From: an uncultured Nitrospiraceae bacterium
GTDB lineage: Bacteria; Nitrospirota; Thermodesulfovibrionia; Thermodesulfovibrionales; UBA6898
Assembly (NCBI GenBank): GCA_963811165.1
Contig: CAWEQH010000004.1
Span: 64,001-128,000, forward strand
Direction: 5' to 3'
DNA length: 64,000 nucleotides
Shown one piece after another: positions 1-9,965 of this stretch. The notes below the pieces were generated by a model. That model did not search any database. It was not told the origin of the DNA and worked only from the letters and a program-made list of their open reading frames with translations. Every line of letters begins with the position of its first letter. Positions within the stretch are counted from its first letter, which is position 1. The position numbers and the translations under genes were made by a program.

Positions 1-1
1 A

Positions 2-439
2 GACCGGAACCACTTTTTTACCGACTGGAGGGAACCCAATGACGTCTCTGTGGAAGACGTCACCGGGGAGATCGGCAAGTCCGCTGCGGTCGGGGTCCGA
101 AAGATCCTAAACATAAAGAAGGACGGGACGTCCTGGGTATCGGGCATCAGGCCCGTGCAGCGTGAAATGAAATATATCCCTTCCGGCGCGGTGGACGATC
201 AGGTCCTTGCCGGACTGCGCACCGGCGATTACGCCGGCATATATTCGGAAGCGCCGGGACTCGATGTCTCGCACGTCGGTATTATCATTAAAGACGAGGG
301 GAATATAAACTTGAGACACGCCTCGTCTCGACATGGAAAAGTTGTTGATGAGGACCTGAAAAAATATATTTCGGGCAAGCCGGGGCTGATCATATTAAGG
401 TCCCGCCTTCAGGTGCCCACACCTGTATTGTCCCGATAG
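2..439 (+). CDS. DUF1460 / N-acetylmuramoyl-L-alanine amidase-like protein, C-terminal part (runs off window start)
   Basis: Frame open from base 2 (DRNHFFTDW...); GLDVSHVGI and LRHASS motifs typical of DUF1460; convergent with ampG. Confidence 0.75.
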   Translation, partial: DRNHFFTDWREPNDVSVEDVTGEIGKSAAVGVRKILNIKKDGTSWVSGIRPVQREMKYIPSGAVDDQVLAGLRTGDYAGIYSEAPGLDVSHVGIIIKDEGNINLRHASSRHGKVVDEDLKKYISGKPGLIILRSRLQVPTPVLSR

Positions 440-448
440 TTCATGGAT

Positions 449-582
449 GCGGGAGGGGAACCATCTTTTCGCTCATCCTCGTCCCGAAAGCCTTCGGGAC
501 TCCGAGGCTTTTTCCTCTTGAATATCAGAGACACATAGGAATATCAGAAAAAGAAACCGCTCGAAGGCAGTTCCCCTCCTGC
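449..582. repeat. Palindromic intergenic element (family B)
   Basis: Terminal arms gcgggaggggaac / gttcccctcctgc; internal core shared with 30990-31105. Confidence 0.7.
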
Positions 583-622
583 GCGATTTCAGAATTTTGA
601 ATAACGCGAGGGTCGTCTTAAC

Positions 623-1874
623 CTATGCTGTTTCCCTGTGAAGGGCCGAGATGTCGGCGCGCAACCGCCACAAAAGAAGAAGACCGGGGAGGGCCGTTAG
701 CGCTGCGATGACGAAGAAGTTGGCCCACCCCGCAAATTCCACAACATATCCCGACGTCGGCGCGATAAAGACACGACCGAGCGAGGCAAGCGAAGAAAGC
801 AGGGCGAACTGCGTGGCACTGTACTTGTGATGGCAGAGCGCCATAAGAAAGGAAACGAACGCGGCGGTCCCCATGCCACCCGTCAGGTTTTCAAAGGCGA
901 CTGCAATGATCATGAGCGGATAACTCTTTCCGACCCAGACCAGCGGTATGAAGGAAAGGATCGACAATGCCTGCATGATGCCGAATATCAGGAGAGACCT
1001 GAAAAGACCGAGGCGCACCATCATCGTACCGCCTAAGGTGGCGCCGACAATCAGCGATGCAAGGCCCAGTCCTTTATTGACGGTGCCGACATCGCCCGTC
1101 GAAAATCCTGCATTGCGGATGAGAAAGGCGGTTGTCATCGTGCCGGCATATGCATCGCACAGCTTGTAGAGTACGATCAACAGCAGGATCACGACGGCAG
1201 AGGGCCGTGAAAAGAAATCCTTCAGCGGTCCCCATACAGCCTCCCGCAAGGTGCGCGGCGGGACCACTGAAAATTCCGGTTCGGGGCCTGCCAGCGTGGC
1301 AACGATCCCTATAGTCATCAGCCCGGCCATGATAAGATAAATATTTTGCCAGCCTGTCTTCTTCGACCAGCTTTAGCGCTACGGCACCCGAGATGATCAT
1401 TGCTATGCGATACCCCGTGATAAACACGGCGGCCCCGATTCCTCTTTCGACTTCGTGAAGGACGTCCGTCCGGTATGCATCGACCACGATATCCTGAGAC
1501 GCCGATACGAAGGAAACAAGTAGCGCAAGAGCCGCAAAAGTCCACGGGGCATTTTGGGGAGATCCTGACCCCAGCAAAGCAATACATATGAGCAATCCTA
1601 TCTGCATAGGCAAAATCCATCCCCGCCGCCTTCCGAGCCAGGGCGGGACAAAGCGGTCCATGAATGGCGACCAGAGAAACTTAAGCGTATAGGGCAGGCC
1701 GACAAGGGAGAATAATCCAATAGTATGCAGTTCTACCCCCGCCACCGTCATCCAGGCCTGTAACGTCCCGAGGGTCAGTGGGAGGGGAAGCCCCGATGAA
1801 AAACCCAGGAGGGCCATCACCGCGATGCGCCTGTTCTTAAAGACCTGGAGATAGGTTGAGAGTTTAGAATGCAT
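623..1874 (-). CDS. ampG: AmpG family muropeptide MFS permease, with one frameshift near 1360
   Basis: LGFSSGLP, YTLKFLWSP, SASQDIVVDAYR, SATQFALLSS motifs split over ORFs 1074..1874 and 623..1330; removing one base restores ...VEKTGWQNIYLIMAG. Confidence 0.88.
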
Positions 1875-2110
1875 TATTGTGTAAAGGTGATTGCATCAGT
1901 TTTTGTCGTTCGATTATAGCACAGCGCGGCACAAGTTCCGGCCGTCCAGTTCCGACTTTGAAGATAACGACCGATAACCCATCGCCATCGGCGGGCATCT
2001 GTCGGCCCGCCCCGCAAAAAGTGGCCATAGAGACAATTTCAGAGGAAATTTGGTTTAATAGTAAATGGATCCGAACTCTCTTTCAAAATAACATCATGGG
2101 ACTGCATTTC

Positions 2111-4489
2111 ATGAAAGACTTCTTCACTTGGCAGACGGACTATGTCTACTTCTTCTATGGGCTTGCCAGCGTGGTTTTTGCCGTTGCCTGCTACGCCATG
2201 ATGCAGATCCTTCGCGTGTCCGCAGCACAGATCCGCACATCGGAACTTTCCGGGATGAACAAGCGGCTTGAACAGGAGATCGCCGAGCGCAGGAGTGATG
2301 AAGAAGAGTTAAGAAGACATAGGGAGCACCTCACTGAGTTAGTGAAGGAGCAGACCGCCGATTTGACGGTGGCAAACGACTTCCTGCAGATGGAGATCAA
2401 TGAGCGAAAAAGAAGCGAAGAGGAACTAAGGACTTTCTCAAGGAGGATCGAGACCATCATCAATTCCTCCAGTGATCTTATTGTCATGAAGGATAGGGAT
2501 TTCAGGTTTCTTGTCATCAACGAGCAATGCGCAAAATTTTTCAACGCTACTCCGCAGGAGATCATAGGGAAGACCGATTTCGACTTTATGGGCCTTGAGG
2601 CGGCAGAAGCGTGCAGGAGGTCGGACCAGGCGGCCATGACGGCCGATGCCCCCGCCATCAGCGAAGAACTTGTCGGGGAAAGATGGCTGCATATCGTCAA
2701 ACAGAAGGTATTGGATGCTGAGGGGGCTGTATCCGGCATCGTTGCCGTCATGCGGGATATAAGCGACCGCAAGAAGGCCGAAAACGACTTAAGGAGGTAT
2801 CAGGAGCAACTGGAAGAGATGGTCAGGGATCGCACGACCGAATTATCGGAGGCCAACCAGCGGCTAAACCAGTTAAACGAGGCGTTGAGTAACAGCGAGG
2901 AACGTTTCCGGTCGCTCTTCAACCTTGCGTCGGACTGCATACTTCTCATCGATGTCGGAGGCGAGACGCCTGTGATTGTGGACGCCAACATTGCCGCCTG
3001 TGTGATGAACGGATATGCGCGTGATGAGCTGATCGGGATGCGGCTGACTGCCCTTGGTGACGAGGAGAGTCGAAAGCAGGTGCCGGACATCATGGAACAA
3101 ATCATGTCCGGGAAGGCCGTTACCTTCGAAATCAACCATGTTCGCAAAAACGGGTCGGTTTTCCCTGTGGAGGTTTCTGGCCAGCTCATTCATCTTTCCG
3201 GCAGGCCCTATATACTTGCGGTCGACAGGGACATTACCGAAAGGAGAAGGGCGGAAGAGGAATTGAAGAGGCACCGGGAGCATCTTTTGGAAATGGTGGA
3301 AGAAAGGACGGTTGAGCTAAAGACCGCTGTCCAGCTTCTCACCAACGAGATCAATTTCCGCAAGATGACCGAAGAGACATTAAAAGAGAGCGAGGCCAAA
3401 TTCCGCACGCTTTCGCGGGAATTTAATACGCTCCTGGACGCTATGCCCGACACGCTGATCCTTCTTTCCCGTGACCTCAGGGTCAAGTGGGCCAACAGTG
3501 CCGCAGCGTCGATGTTCGGCAGGGAGTCTTCAGATGTCGCGGGGCATCATTGCTTTGATATGTGGTACAACCGGTGTGAGCCGTGTGAGGACTGCTTTGT
3601 CCTGAGGAGTTTTAGCTCCGGCAGCAGCGAAAACTCGCAGAAGGCGACTTCCTCGGGAAAATTGCTCGATGGCAGGGCCTTCCCTATTATGGGTGAGGAC
3701 GGGACGGTCAGCAGCGTTATCGTTGTCCTCACCGACATCACCGAAAAGACTGCGCTGCAGGCGGAGGCTATGCGCGCCAGCCATCTTGCCTCGCTGGGTG
3801 AGCTGGCGGCAGGGGTGGCGCATGAGATCAATAATCCCATAAACGGGATAATTAACTACGCCCAGATCCTGGCAAATAAGATCCCGGCAGGCAGCAAGGA
3901 AAACGAGATCTCCCAGAGGATTATCAGGGAGGGAGACCGTATCGCGGGTATCGTGCGCAGCCTCCTTTCTTTCGCGCGGGAAAGGAAGGAGGATAGAGTC
4001 CGGGCGGGTATGCAGAGGATTATTGACGACACTATCACTCTGACGGAGACGCAGATCCGTAAAGACGGCATCGACCTGACGGTAGATATCCCCGGCAGCC
4101 TGCCTGAAATAGTTGCAAACCCCCAGCAGATTCAGCAGGTCTTCCTGAATGTCATAAGTAATGCGCGCTACGCACTCAACCAGAAATATCCCGGCACGCA
4201 TGATGACAAGAAGTTTTTCATATCAGGGGGGAGGGTGATGGTCGATAATTCTCCTTATGTCAGGGTCGCTTTTTACGACATGGGTACCGGTATCTCCGCC
4301 GACATTATCGACAAGGTGATGCATCCTTTCTTTTCGACAAAGCCGAGCGGCATTGGTACCGGCTTAGGGTTAAGTATAAGTCACGGGATTATACAAAGCC
4401 ACGGCGGCAGGCTCTCTCTGGAGAGTGTTGAGGGGGCCTATACAAAAGTGACGATCGATCTTCCCACAAAGGAGAGACATGGAAAATAA
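2111..4489 (+). CDS. Multi-PAS sensor histidine kinase (NtrB-like)
   Basis: Three PAS/PAC segments separated by coiled coils; H-box LGELAAGVAHEINNP; N, F and G2 boxes (QVFLNVISNA, PFFSTK, GTGLGLS). Confidence 0.92.
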   Translation: MKDFFTWQTDYVYFFYGLASVVFAVACYAMMQILRVSAAQIRTSELSGMNKRLEQEIAERRSDEEELRRHREHLTELVKEQTADLTVANDFLQMEINERKRSEEELRTFSRRIETIINSSSDLIVMKDRDFRFLVINEQCAKFFNATPQEIIGKTDFDFMGLEAAEACRRSDQAAMTADAPAISEELVGERWLHIVKQKVLDAEGAVSGIVAVMRDISDRKKAENDLRRYQEQLEEMVRDRTTELSEANQRLNQLNEALSNSEERFRSLFNLASDCILLIDVGGETPVIVDANIAACVMNGYARDELIGMRLTALGDEESRKQVPDIMEQIMSGKAVTFEINHVRKNGSVFPVEVSGQLIHLSGRPYILAVDRDITERRRAEEELKRHREHLLEMVEERTVELKTAVQLLTNEINFRKMTEETLKESEAKFRTLSREFNTLLDAMPDTLILLSRDLRVKWANSAAASMFGRESSDVAGHHCFDMWYNRCEPCEDCFVLRSFSSGSSENSQKATSSGKLLDGRAFPIMGEDGTVSSVIVVLTDITEKTALQAEAMRASHLASLGELAAGVAHEINNPINGIINYAQILANKIPAGSKENEISQRIIREGDRIAGIVRSLLSFARERKEDRVRAGMQRIIDDTITLTETQIRKDGIDLTVDIPGSLPEIVANPQQIQQVFLNVISNARYALNQKYPGTHDDKKFFISGGRVMVDNSPYVRVAFYDMGTGISADIIDKVMHPFFSTKPSGIGTGLGLSISHGIIQSHGGRLSLESVEGAYTKVTIDLPTKERHGK

Positions 4490-6191
4490 GGGAAGGATAC
4501 TTGTCGTAGATGATGAAGAAAGCATACGGTTTACATTTGAGACCTTTCTCATAGACGAAGGGTATTCGGTGACGACCGCTCAGAACTATGACGAAGCCAT
4601 GGCACTTTTTGCCGGATCGGTTTTCGACCTTGTGTTGGCGGATATTCTGCTGGGCGGGGGCAGGACCGGAATCGATTTGATGCGTGAGGCCAGGAAACTA
4701 CATCTTGACTGCCCTTTTGTTGTGGTCACGGGAGCGCCGAACGTCGAGACCGCGTCGGAGGCGGTCAGACTCGGCGCCTTCGACTATATTGCGAAACCGG
4801 TTCGTCAAGAGACCTTGTTGCGAGTAACGAAGATAGCGCTCAGGAATAAGGAGTTGAACGATGAGAAGGAGAAGTACCGTCTCAACCTGGAGGCGATATT
4901 TCGGAGTGTTAAGGACGCGATCATTACGGTCGACGAAGAACTGAGGGTCGTCGAACTAAACAGTTCGGCCGAAAAGGTCTGCGGTATGGCGCGCGATGCG
5001 ATCGGTAAGGTTTTCAATTCTCTGGATGCGGGCTGCGGGAGAAACTGTCTTGATGCCTTCGTAGAGACCATCAACAAAAAGAAACCGGTCGAGATGTTTC
5101 ACGTCGAATGTCACCACAAAAACCGCTCGGGACACGTGGTCAGCCTTTCGACGTCTCCCCTTCTGGACCACCAGGGACTCTTTTCAGGGGCGGTGATCGT
5201 GATAAGAGACGAGACGCGTTTGTACGACCTGGAAAGGGACCTGAAGGAGCGGCGGCAGTTTCATAACATAATTGGAACGGGCGAGAAGATGCAGGAGATA
5301 TATTCGCTTATAGAAAATCTGGCCGATGTGCAGACTACCGTGCTTATCACAGGGGAGAGCGGGACCGGAAAAGAGCTTGCGGCAGAGGCCCTTCACTATA
5401 AGGGCATCCGCAGTCACAAACCCCTGGTGAAGGTGAACTGTTCCGCTCTCTCTGAGGGTCTGCTGGAAAGTGAACTCTTTGGACATGTGAAGGGTGCCTT
5501 TACCGGCGCGGTAAAGGATAAAGTGGGCCGTTTCCAGAGGGCCGACAAGGGCACCATTTTCCTCGACGAGATCGGCGACATATCCCACCGGATTCAACTC
5601 AGACTTTTAAGGGTTCTTCAGGAGATGGAATTCGAGCGGGTGGGGGACTCGACCCCCATAAGGGTGGACGTACGCGTCATTGCCGCCACGAACCAGGATC
5701 TTTCGGCGAAGATCAGGCGCGGCGAGTTCAGGGAAGACCTCTTTTACCGTCTCAAGGTGATTGAAATAAATATCCCTCCGCTTAGGGACAGGCGGGAAGA
5801 CATTCCGTTTCTTATTGACCATTTCATCGAGAAGCTTCATAAGAAGCTGGACAAGGATATCAAGGCTGTTTCAGCGGATGTGCAGAAGATTTTTATGGAA
5901 TACTCCTGGCCGGGCAATATACGAGAGCTCGAGCATACACTCGAACATGCCTTTATCCTCTGTCGTCAAAACACTATCACCCTGGACCATCTTCCCGGCA
6001 ATTTTCGGCATTCTTCCGCGGTAAGGGCACGTGCTCACAGGGATGCAGGAGGAGACGAGACCCAAAAGATACTCCAGGCGCTCGAAAAAACAGGCGGGAA
6101 CAAGGCCAAGGCGGCCAGGCTGCTTGGTTTCGACCGAAAGACCCTGTATCGAAAGATCGAAAGGCTTAACATTCCTAAGAAGCATGGGTGA
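4479..6191 (+). CDS. Sigma54-dependent response regulator (REC-PAS-AAA+-Fis HTH)
   Basis: ILVVDDE receiver, GESGTGKE, GAFTGA, FLDEIGD, WPGNIREL, C-terminal NKAKAARLLG HTH. Confidence 0.96.
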   Translation: MENKGRILVVDDEESIRFTFETFLIDEGYSVTTAQNYDEAMALFAGSVFDLVLADILLGGGRTGIDLMREARKLHLDCPFVVVTGAPNVETASEAVRLGAFDYIAKPVRQETLLRVTKIALRNKELNDEKEKYRLNLEAIFRSVKDAIITVDEELRVVELNSSAEKVCGMARDAIGKVFNSLDAGCGRNCLDAFVETINKKKPVEMFHVECHHKNRSGHVVSLSTSPLLDHQGLFSGAVIVIRDETRLYDLERDLKERRQFHNIIGTGEKMQEIYSLIENLADVQTTVLITGESGTGKELAAEALHYKGIRSHKPLVKVNCSALSEGLLESELFGHVKGAFTGAVKDKVGRFQRADKGTIFLDEIGDISHRIQLRLLRVLQEMEFERVGDSTPIRVDVRVIAATNQDLSAKIRRGEFREDLFYRLKVIEINIPPLRDRREDIPFLIDHFIEKLHKKLDKDIKAVSADVQKIFMEYSWPGNIRELEHTLEHAFILCRQNTITLDHLPGNFRHSSAVRARAHRDAGGDETQKILQALEKTGGNKAKAARLLGFDRKTLYRKIERLNIPKKHG

Positions 6192-6291
6192 CCCCCGTTA
6201 GAGAGGATCTCTAAACGGGCTAACCCTGTGTCTGCCCGATAATAGAAATTATTTTTATCCCTGCTTGGCATTGTCTTTCTACCGGCGTAGA

Positions 6292-6352
6292 ACTGTGGCA
6301 TGCCACAGTAAAGTGGCATCTCAAGAATGGTACATGCCACACTTTATGCCAC
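6292..6352. promoter_or_regulatory. Putative enhancer / activator binding array
   Basis: Perfect 18-bp palindrome ACTGTGGCATGCCACAGT (6292-6309) plus GTGGCAT at 6313 and ATGCCAC at 6334 and 6346. Confidence 0.55.
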
Positions 6353-6551
6353 TGTAATTCCCTATCATCATAAGGTTTGCAGAGCCGTAGTACTCCGGGG
6401 AGAGGCCCTTGGAAAAGATACGGATGCAGAACCCAGTTAGTCATAACCAGCCGTCTTATTTGACTATTTTTCGCCCCCGGGTCACTGCTTACGGGACCCC
6501 GAAAGTCACTTGTAAAAAAAAAGGCGCCTGCTCAGATATGATCGGTCTATA

Positions 6552-6567
6552 GGGCATGGTTCTTGTA
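6552..6567 (+). promoter_or_regulatory. Putative sigma54 -24/-12 promoter
   Basis: gGGCAtggttcTTGTa: GG-N10-GT, one deviation from GG-N10-GC; lies ~200-260 bp downstream of the palindrome array. Confidence 0.4.
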
Positions 6568-6735
6568 TTTAATATACCGCAGGGAAATTTGAATTTTACT
6601 TTTTGGGCTCATGAAATCAAAAGAAAGGACGCGCACGGCAATGGTTCTGGAGAACATGTATTATCGGGGGAGAAGCGAGGAAGTAACAGCGCCATGGAGA
6701 AAGAAACGCTGCATAAGCAAGGAAAAGGAAATAGT

Positions 6736-6891
6736 ATGCTATGCCCCAACATACATAAGCCATTTGACGATTGTTATTGCGCCAGTACGAGCAGTTTGTA
6801 TGCGGAGGCAACAATATATTACTGCGGCGGCAGTTATAAAGATTGCGAGATATATTTGAAACATGTGAAAGAGGGGGGCGAAAACAAATGA
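6736..6891 (+). CDS. Small Cys-rich protein (51 aa), putative metal binding
   Basis: SD aaggaa; MLCPNIHKPFDDCYC...YYCGGSYKDCEIY; stop overlaps next start (ATGA). Confidence 0.65.
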   Translation: MLCPNIHKPFDDCYCASTSSLYAEATIYYCGGSYKDCEIYLKHVKEGGENK

Positions 6892-7085
6892 GATGCCCGC
6901 ATCTGCGCACTTGGACGGTTTCATCCTGCAAAGCAGACAAAAGGCCTTATATCCCCAGTCTATATGAAATTCAGGAATACTGTACCGACAAGAGACACAA
7001 AAAATGTCCTCTCTATGTGGATATTGGGCAGGAGGCATTGTCCGGGGCGGGGGTCTTGGAAGAACGGGACCTTTCCTTACGATGA
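6888..7085 (+). CDS. Small Cys-rich protein (65 aa), similar Cys pattern to the upstream gene
   Basis: SD gagggg; MRCPHL...SSC...EYCTDKRHKKCPLY; ATGA coupling. Confidence 0.7.
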   Translation: MRCPHLRTWTVSSCKADKRPYIPSLYEIQEYCTDKRHKKCPLYVDIGQEALSGAGVLEERDLSLR

Positions 7086-7190
7086 GATACATTTTTTCCG
7101 AACGAGAGTTGGCGCGGTTTTGCCGATGTATGAGCATTCTTTGCAGGTATGTAATTATAGAAATCTAAAGTAGATGAAAGGAGGCAAGCG

Positions 7191-7484
7191 ATGAGTGTAA
7201 AAGGGCTTGCGGAAGGAATTATTCTACAGTCTATCGAGGATCTTTGGAATGAGAACCACAGGGGTGAATGCATCGCCTTTTTTACAGGAAGGGAATTCAG
7301 CATCTGCGCGGAGATTGCCGGGATGAACCTGCCGGACCAGTTAAAGGTGCTCAACCTTGTCAAGACCGTTGTAGGAACCACGACCAATAGCAAGACGGCC
7401 GACAAGGACAGTTTCCAAGAGAAAGGGAAAAGACCGGCGAAGACAGCCAGGCGGGCGTACCGGCATATGCAGGCGGTGTCGTGA
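7191..7484 (+). CDS. Hypothetical protein (97 aa)
   Basis: Strong SD aaggagg; helical-looking LAEGIILQSIEDLW...FFTGREFSICAEIAGM. Confidence 0.7.
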   Translation: MSVKGLAEGIILQSIEDLWNENHRGECIAFFTGREFSICAEIAGMNLPDQLKVLNLVKTVVGTTTNSKTADKDSFQEKGKRPAKTARRAYRHMQAVS

Positions 7485-7646
7485 TTATCGCTTCACGCCG
7501 AAGATAACGTCGCACAGCACTTTGCCAAGTTCCGAAATGCGGTAGGGCTTGGCGAGTGCACCCTTGAATCCGAACGTTTTGAAGGCAGAGAGTATCGCGT
7601 CGTCGGAACAAGCAGTGGAGACGATCGCTTTTGCGTAGGGATCTAT
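7485..7646 (-). pseudogene. C-terminal half of a receiver domain (no start codon)
   Basis: Manual translation IDPYAKAIVSTACSDDAILSAFKTFGFKGALAKPYRISELGKVL matches the end of hybrid-kinase REC domains; in-frame stop just upstream. Confidence 0.65.
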
Positions 7647-7712
7647 TCCATTTCTCCAAAGGTCCTACTGGGGGAGAGCGGAATACGAGATATCGGAAAG
7701 ATAAAATAATGG

Positions 7713-7738
7713 ATTGGTCGGGGCGAGAGGATTCGAAC
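7713..7738 (-). repeat. att site: duplicated 3' end of tRNA-Pro
   Basis: attggtcggggcgagaggattcgaac identical to 11055-11080 (26 bp). Confidence 0.9.
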
Positions 7739-7901
7739 GGCTAGCCCTATTTGTAAGTACCTGACAAAGAAACGTAAAAAGACCATTATTTATTTCTGCC
7801 GAAAGGCCACCGAACTTAATCACTATCCCTGGACTAGCCCTCTGGGGTTCTGCGGCCCATGTCTTGCCATTCGATAGTACGTGATATTAAGATTAGATGT
7901 A

Positions 7902-8750
7902 ATGTCGAAAGGGAAAGACAGAAACAAGCTTTGTAATTGCGGAAGCGGGAAGAAATTTAAGCATTGCTGTATAAACAATCCTAAGCCACGAGAAACTGAG
8001 TTGATTTTTGATTTCGGACAGCCTACCCTGATAGATGCTATCGGAATTACTCACGATAACGGAGTAGAGTTCTTCCAAAATGGAGCCAGGATCTATCCTC
8101 AAAGTGCTCATGTCGGGACCTACTATAAGAAAACGGGCGGTCGCCATAAAATAAACAGACTCTCTCTCGATAACGATAAGTTATTCATTGATTCACACAA
8201 TGTACTTCAAAGCTCATTCGATCTTATCTATGCAGTCGACACAAACACAAAGCTGATAAACGATACTCCTGTATCCGTTGCGTGCGTTGTCCTTTGCAAG
8301 CTCATGAGGTTAGAAAATGAGAGGCGCACTTTAGCGCAGATTGCGCCAGTTCACTGTTTTGAATTTAGGAATATTAAGGGCAAGCGGGAAAATTTTGTCT
8401 GGAAGTATGCAATTGAGGGCATAATTAGAAATCCAGCATACCATGAAAAATTGAGGGCCTGTTTAATTGTTGATGCAGACTGGGGAAACTTGAGTCGATT
8501 TAATTCACGTCAAAAACCTATTTTCGAAGATTTTTATTTGCCGCTCGGCTTTACGCTGGTCTATGCTTATGCGCGTTCTGACAGACAAAAGCATCTTCCA
8601 AATATATTGATCTCTTTATGCGATAAGGAAGCCCATGCCTTGATGAGTTATATAGAACAGAATTTTCATGACACATCAAATCTTGTAGACGCGGATGGCG
8701 CCTTTTACAGCCATTTTAGAAACTGGGAGGTAAATAGAAGGCGAGCATGA
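7902..8750 (+). CDS. SEC-C motif protein with uncharacterised C-terminal domain
   Basis: RNKLCNCGSGKKFKHCC zinc-binding motif at the N-terminus. Confidence 0.8.
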   Translation: MSKGKDRNKLCNCGSGKKFKHCCINNPKPRETELIFDFGQPTLIDAIGITHDNGVEFFQNGARIYPQSAHVGTYYKKTGGRHKINRLSLDNDKLFIDSHNVLQSSFDLIYAVDTNTKLINDTPVSVACVVLCKLMRLENERRTLAQIAPVHCFEFRNIKGKRENFVWKYAIEGIIRNPAYHEKLRACLIVDADWGNLSRFNSRQKPIFEDFYLPLGFTLVYAYARSDRQKHLPNILISLCDKEAHALMSYIEQNFHDTSNLVDADGAFYSHFRNWEVNRRRA

Positions 8751-9513
8751 AAAATGGATAGCGACACAACTTGATCTTGGAAATATTAAAGCAACTTCGA
8801 TAGATAATACCGAATTTCTGGAGAGAAGAAAAAATGAGTGGATTAGATATGCAAAAGAACAAATATGGCTCGTGTCAAGCATTACTCCGCTCAATATTAC
8901 GGATGAGCTGATAGATCCGCTCAATAATTCGATAATTCAGGTGCTGAACGCTACTCAATTACGCGGCCCTTCATCGGTGAATCGCTATGATACGCGACCA
9001 AACGACGTGGGGTTGATTAACGAAGATTCGAGTCATGTCAAGAAGGGAATGGGCCATCGTATTCAGATTGCCCGGACTGGTCATTGCGAAATCCTTGAAT
9101 GCCTAGAATGGGACGTTAGCCCAGTGGAGGATAATAAGGGTGTCGGCGTTTCGAATAGTAGGACTTTCACCTATTCAGTACGTGCAGGCTCACTTCACAA
9201 ACAGATAACGGCGTTAAAAACGGTGTGGGATGCCGCATTGCCGTTCCATGACGCATTACTGACTACTTTTATTACTAACACTTCGAATATCAGATTATAT
9301 GCCCGGCCAACAGCGATACGACGCAGTGATAGATATGGCCCTCTTGTCGAGGCTCCCTATTTGGGATATAGTTCAGTGGTAAATAAAAAGGCATCTATTA
9401 ACGATATGACTGAGGTCTTTGCGAAACGCTTAGTCAATTATTTTGGCTTAGTGCTCGATAAATTATATGATGATGACAGTAAATTTGCATGGCCGGATTT
9501 TCTTGTCAAATAG
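8734..9513 (+). CDS. Hypothetical protein, possibly a 5'-truncated remnant
   Basis: Frame open from 8734 but first canonical start is GTG 8872 with no clear SD. Confidence 0.45.
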   Translation: MEGEHEKWIATQLDLGNIKATSIDNTEFLERRKNEWIRYAKEQIWLVSSITPLNITDELIDPLNNSIIQVLNATQLRGPSSVNRYDTRPNDVGLINEDSSHVKKGMGHRIQIARTGHCEILECLEWDVSPVEDNKGVGVSNSRTFTYSVRAGSLHKQITALKTVWDAALPFHDALLTTFITNTSNIRLYARPTAIRRSDRYGPLVEAPYLGYSSVVNKKASINDMTEVFAKRLVNYFGLVLDKLYDDDSKFAWPDFLVK

Positions 9514-9611
9514 TGGCACCCTCCGATTAGCCATCCCTTTTTATATTTTCGCTAACAGAGACGATACTAGGCCATTTCAGCGATCACAAGGACGATGCAA
9601 AGAATAGTATC

Positions 9612-9944
9612 TTGAAGCTATCGAGAAAATCAGGAGGGGAAGTGACCTACCCTATCCCGCTTGATTTATGGCACGATTTACAGAAGCACGTTGAGGGGAA
9701 ACGGTCGGATGATTTCATCTTCACTCATGAAGATGGATCACCAATCGGCCTTAACTGTGTGCCGCGGGCCTGGAAGAAAGCATGTAAAGCGGCAGAGGTA
9801 AAATATATCCCTCTTCAACAAGCATCCCGTCACAGCATGGCAAGTCAGATCATGGCCGAGCATAAGAAAAAAGCGATAGAGGAGATTCAAAATAAGCGCG
9901 GCCATTTCAACAAGCAAACACAAAAAGCCTATGTAGTCGAATAA
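9612..9944 (+). pseudogene. Tyrosine recombinase/integrase C-terminal fragment
   Basis: AWKKACKAAEV...QASRHSMAS...IQNKRGH...TQKAY correspond to box II RH, (L)GH and the catalytic Tyr; N-terminal region missing. Confidence 0.75.
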
Positions 9945-9965
9945 TGCTTGTCTGCTATAGACAAA

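Noticed and set aside
1877..2110. N-terminal extension of the kinase ORF from GTG 1877
   Set aside because: Overlaps the divergent promoter region of ampG and looks non-coding; ATG 2111 fits better
7109..7124. sigma54 promoter-like TTGGCGCGGTTTTGCC
   Set aside because: GG-to-GC spacing is 9 nt instead of the required 10
7713..7738. Second tRNA gene
   Set aside because: Only the 3' 26 bp (part of the T arm and acceptor strand) are present; it is an att duplication
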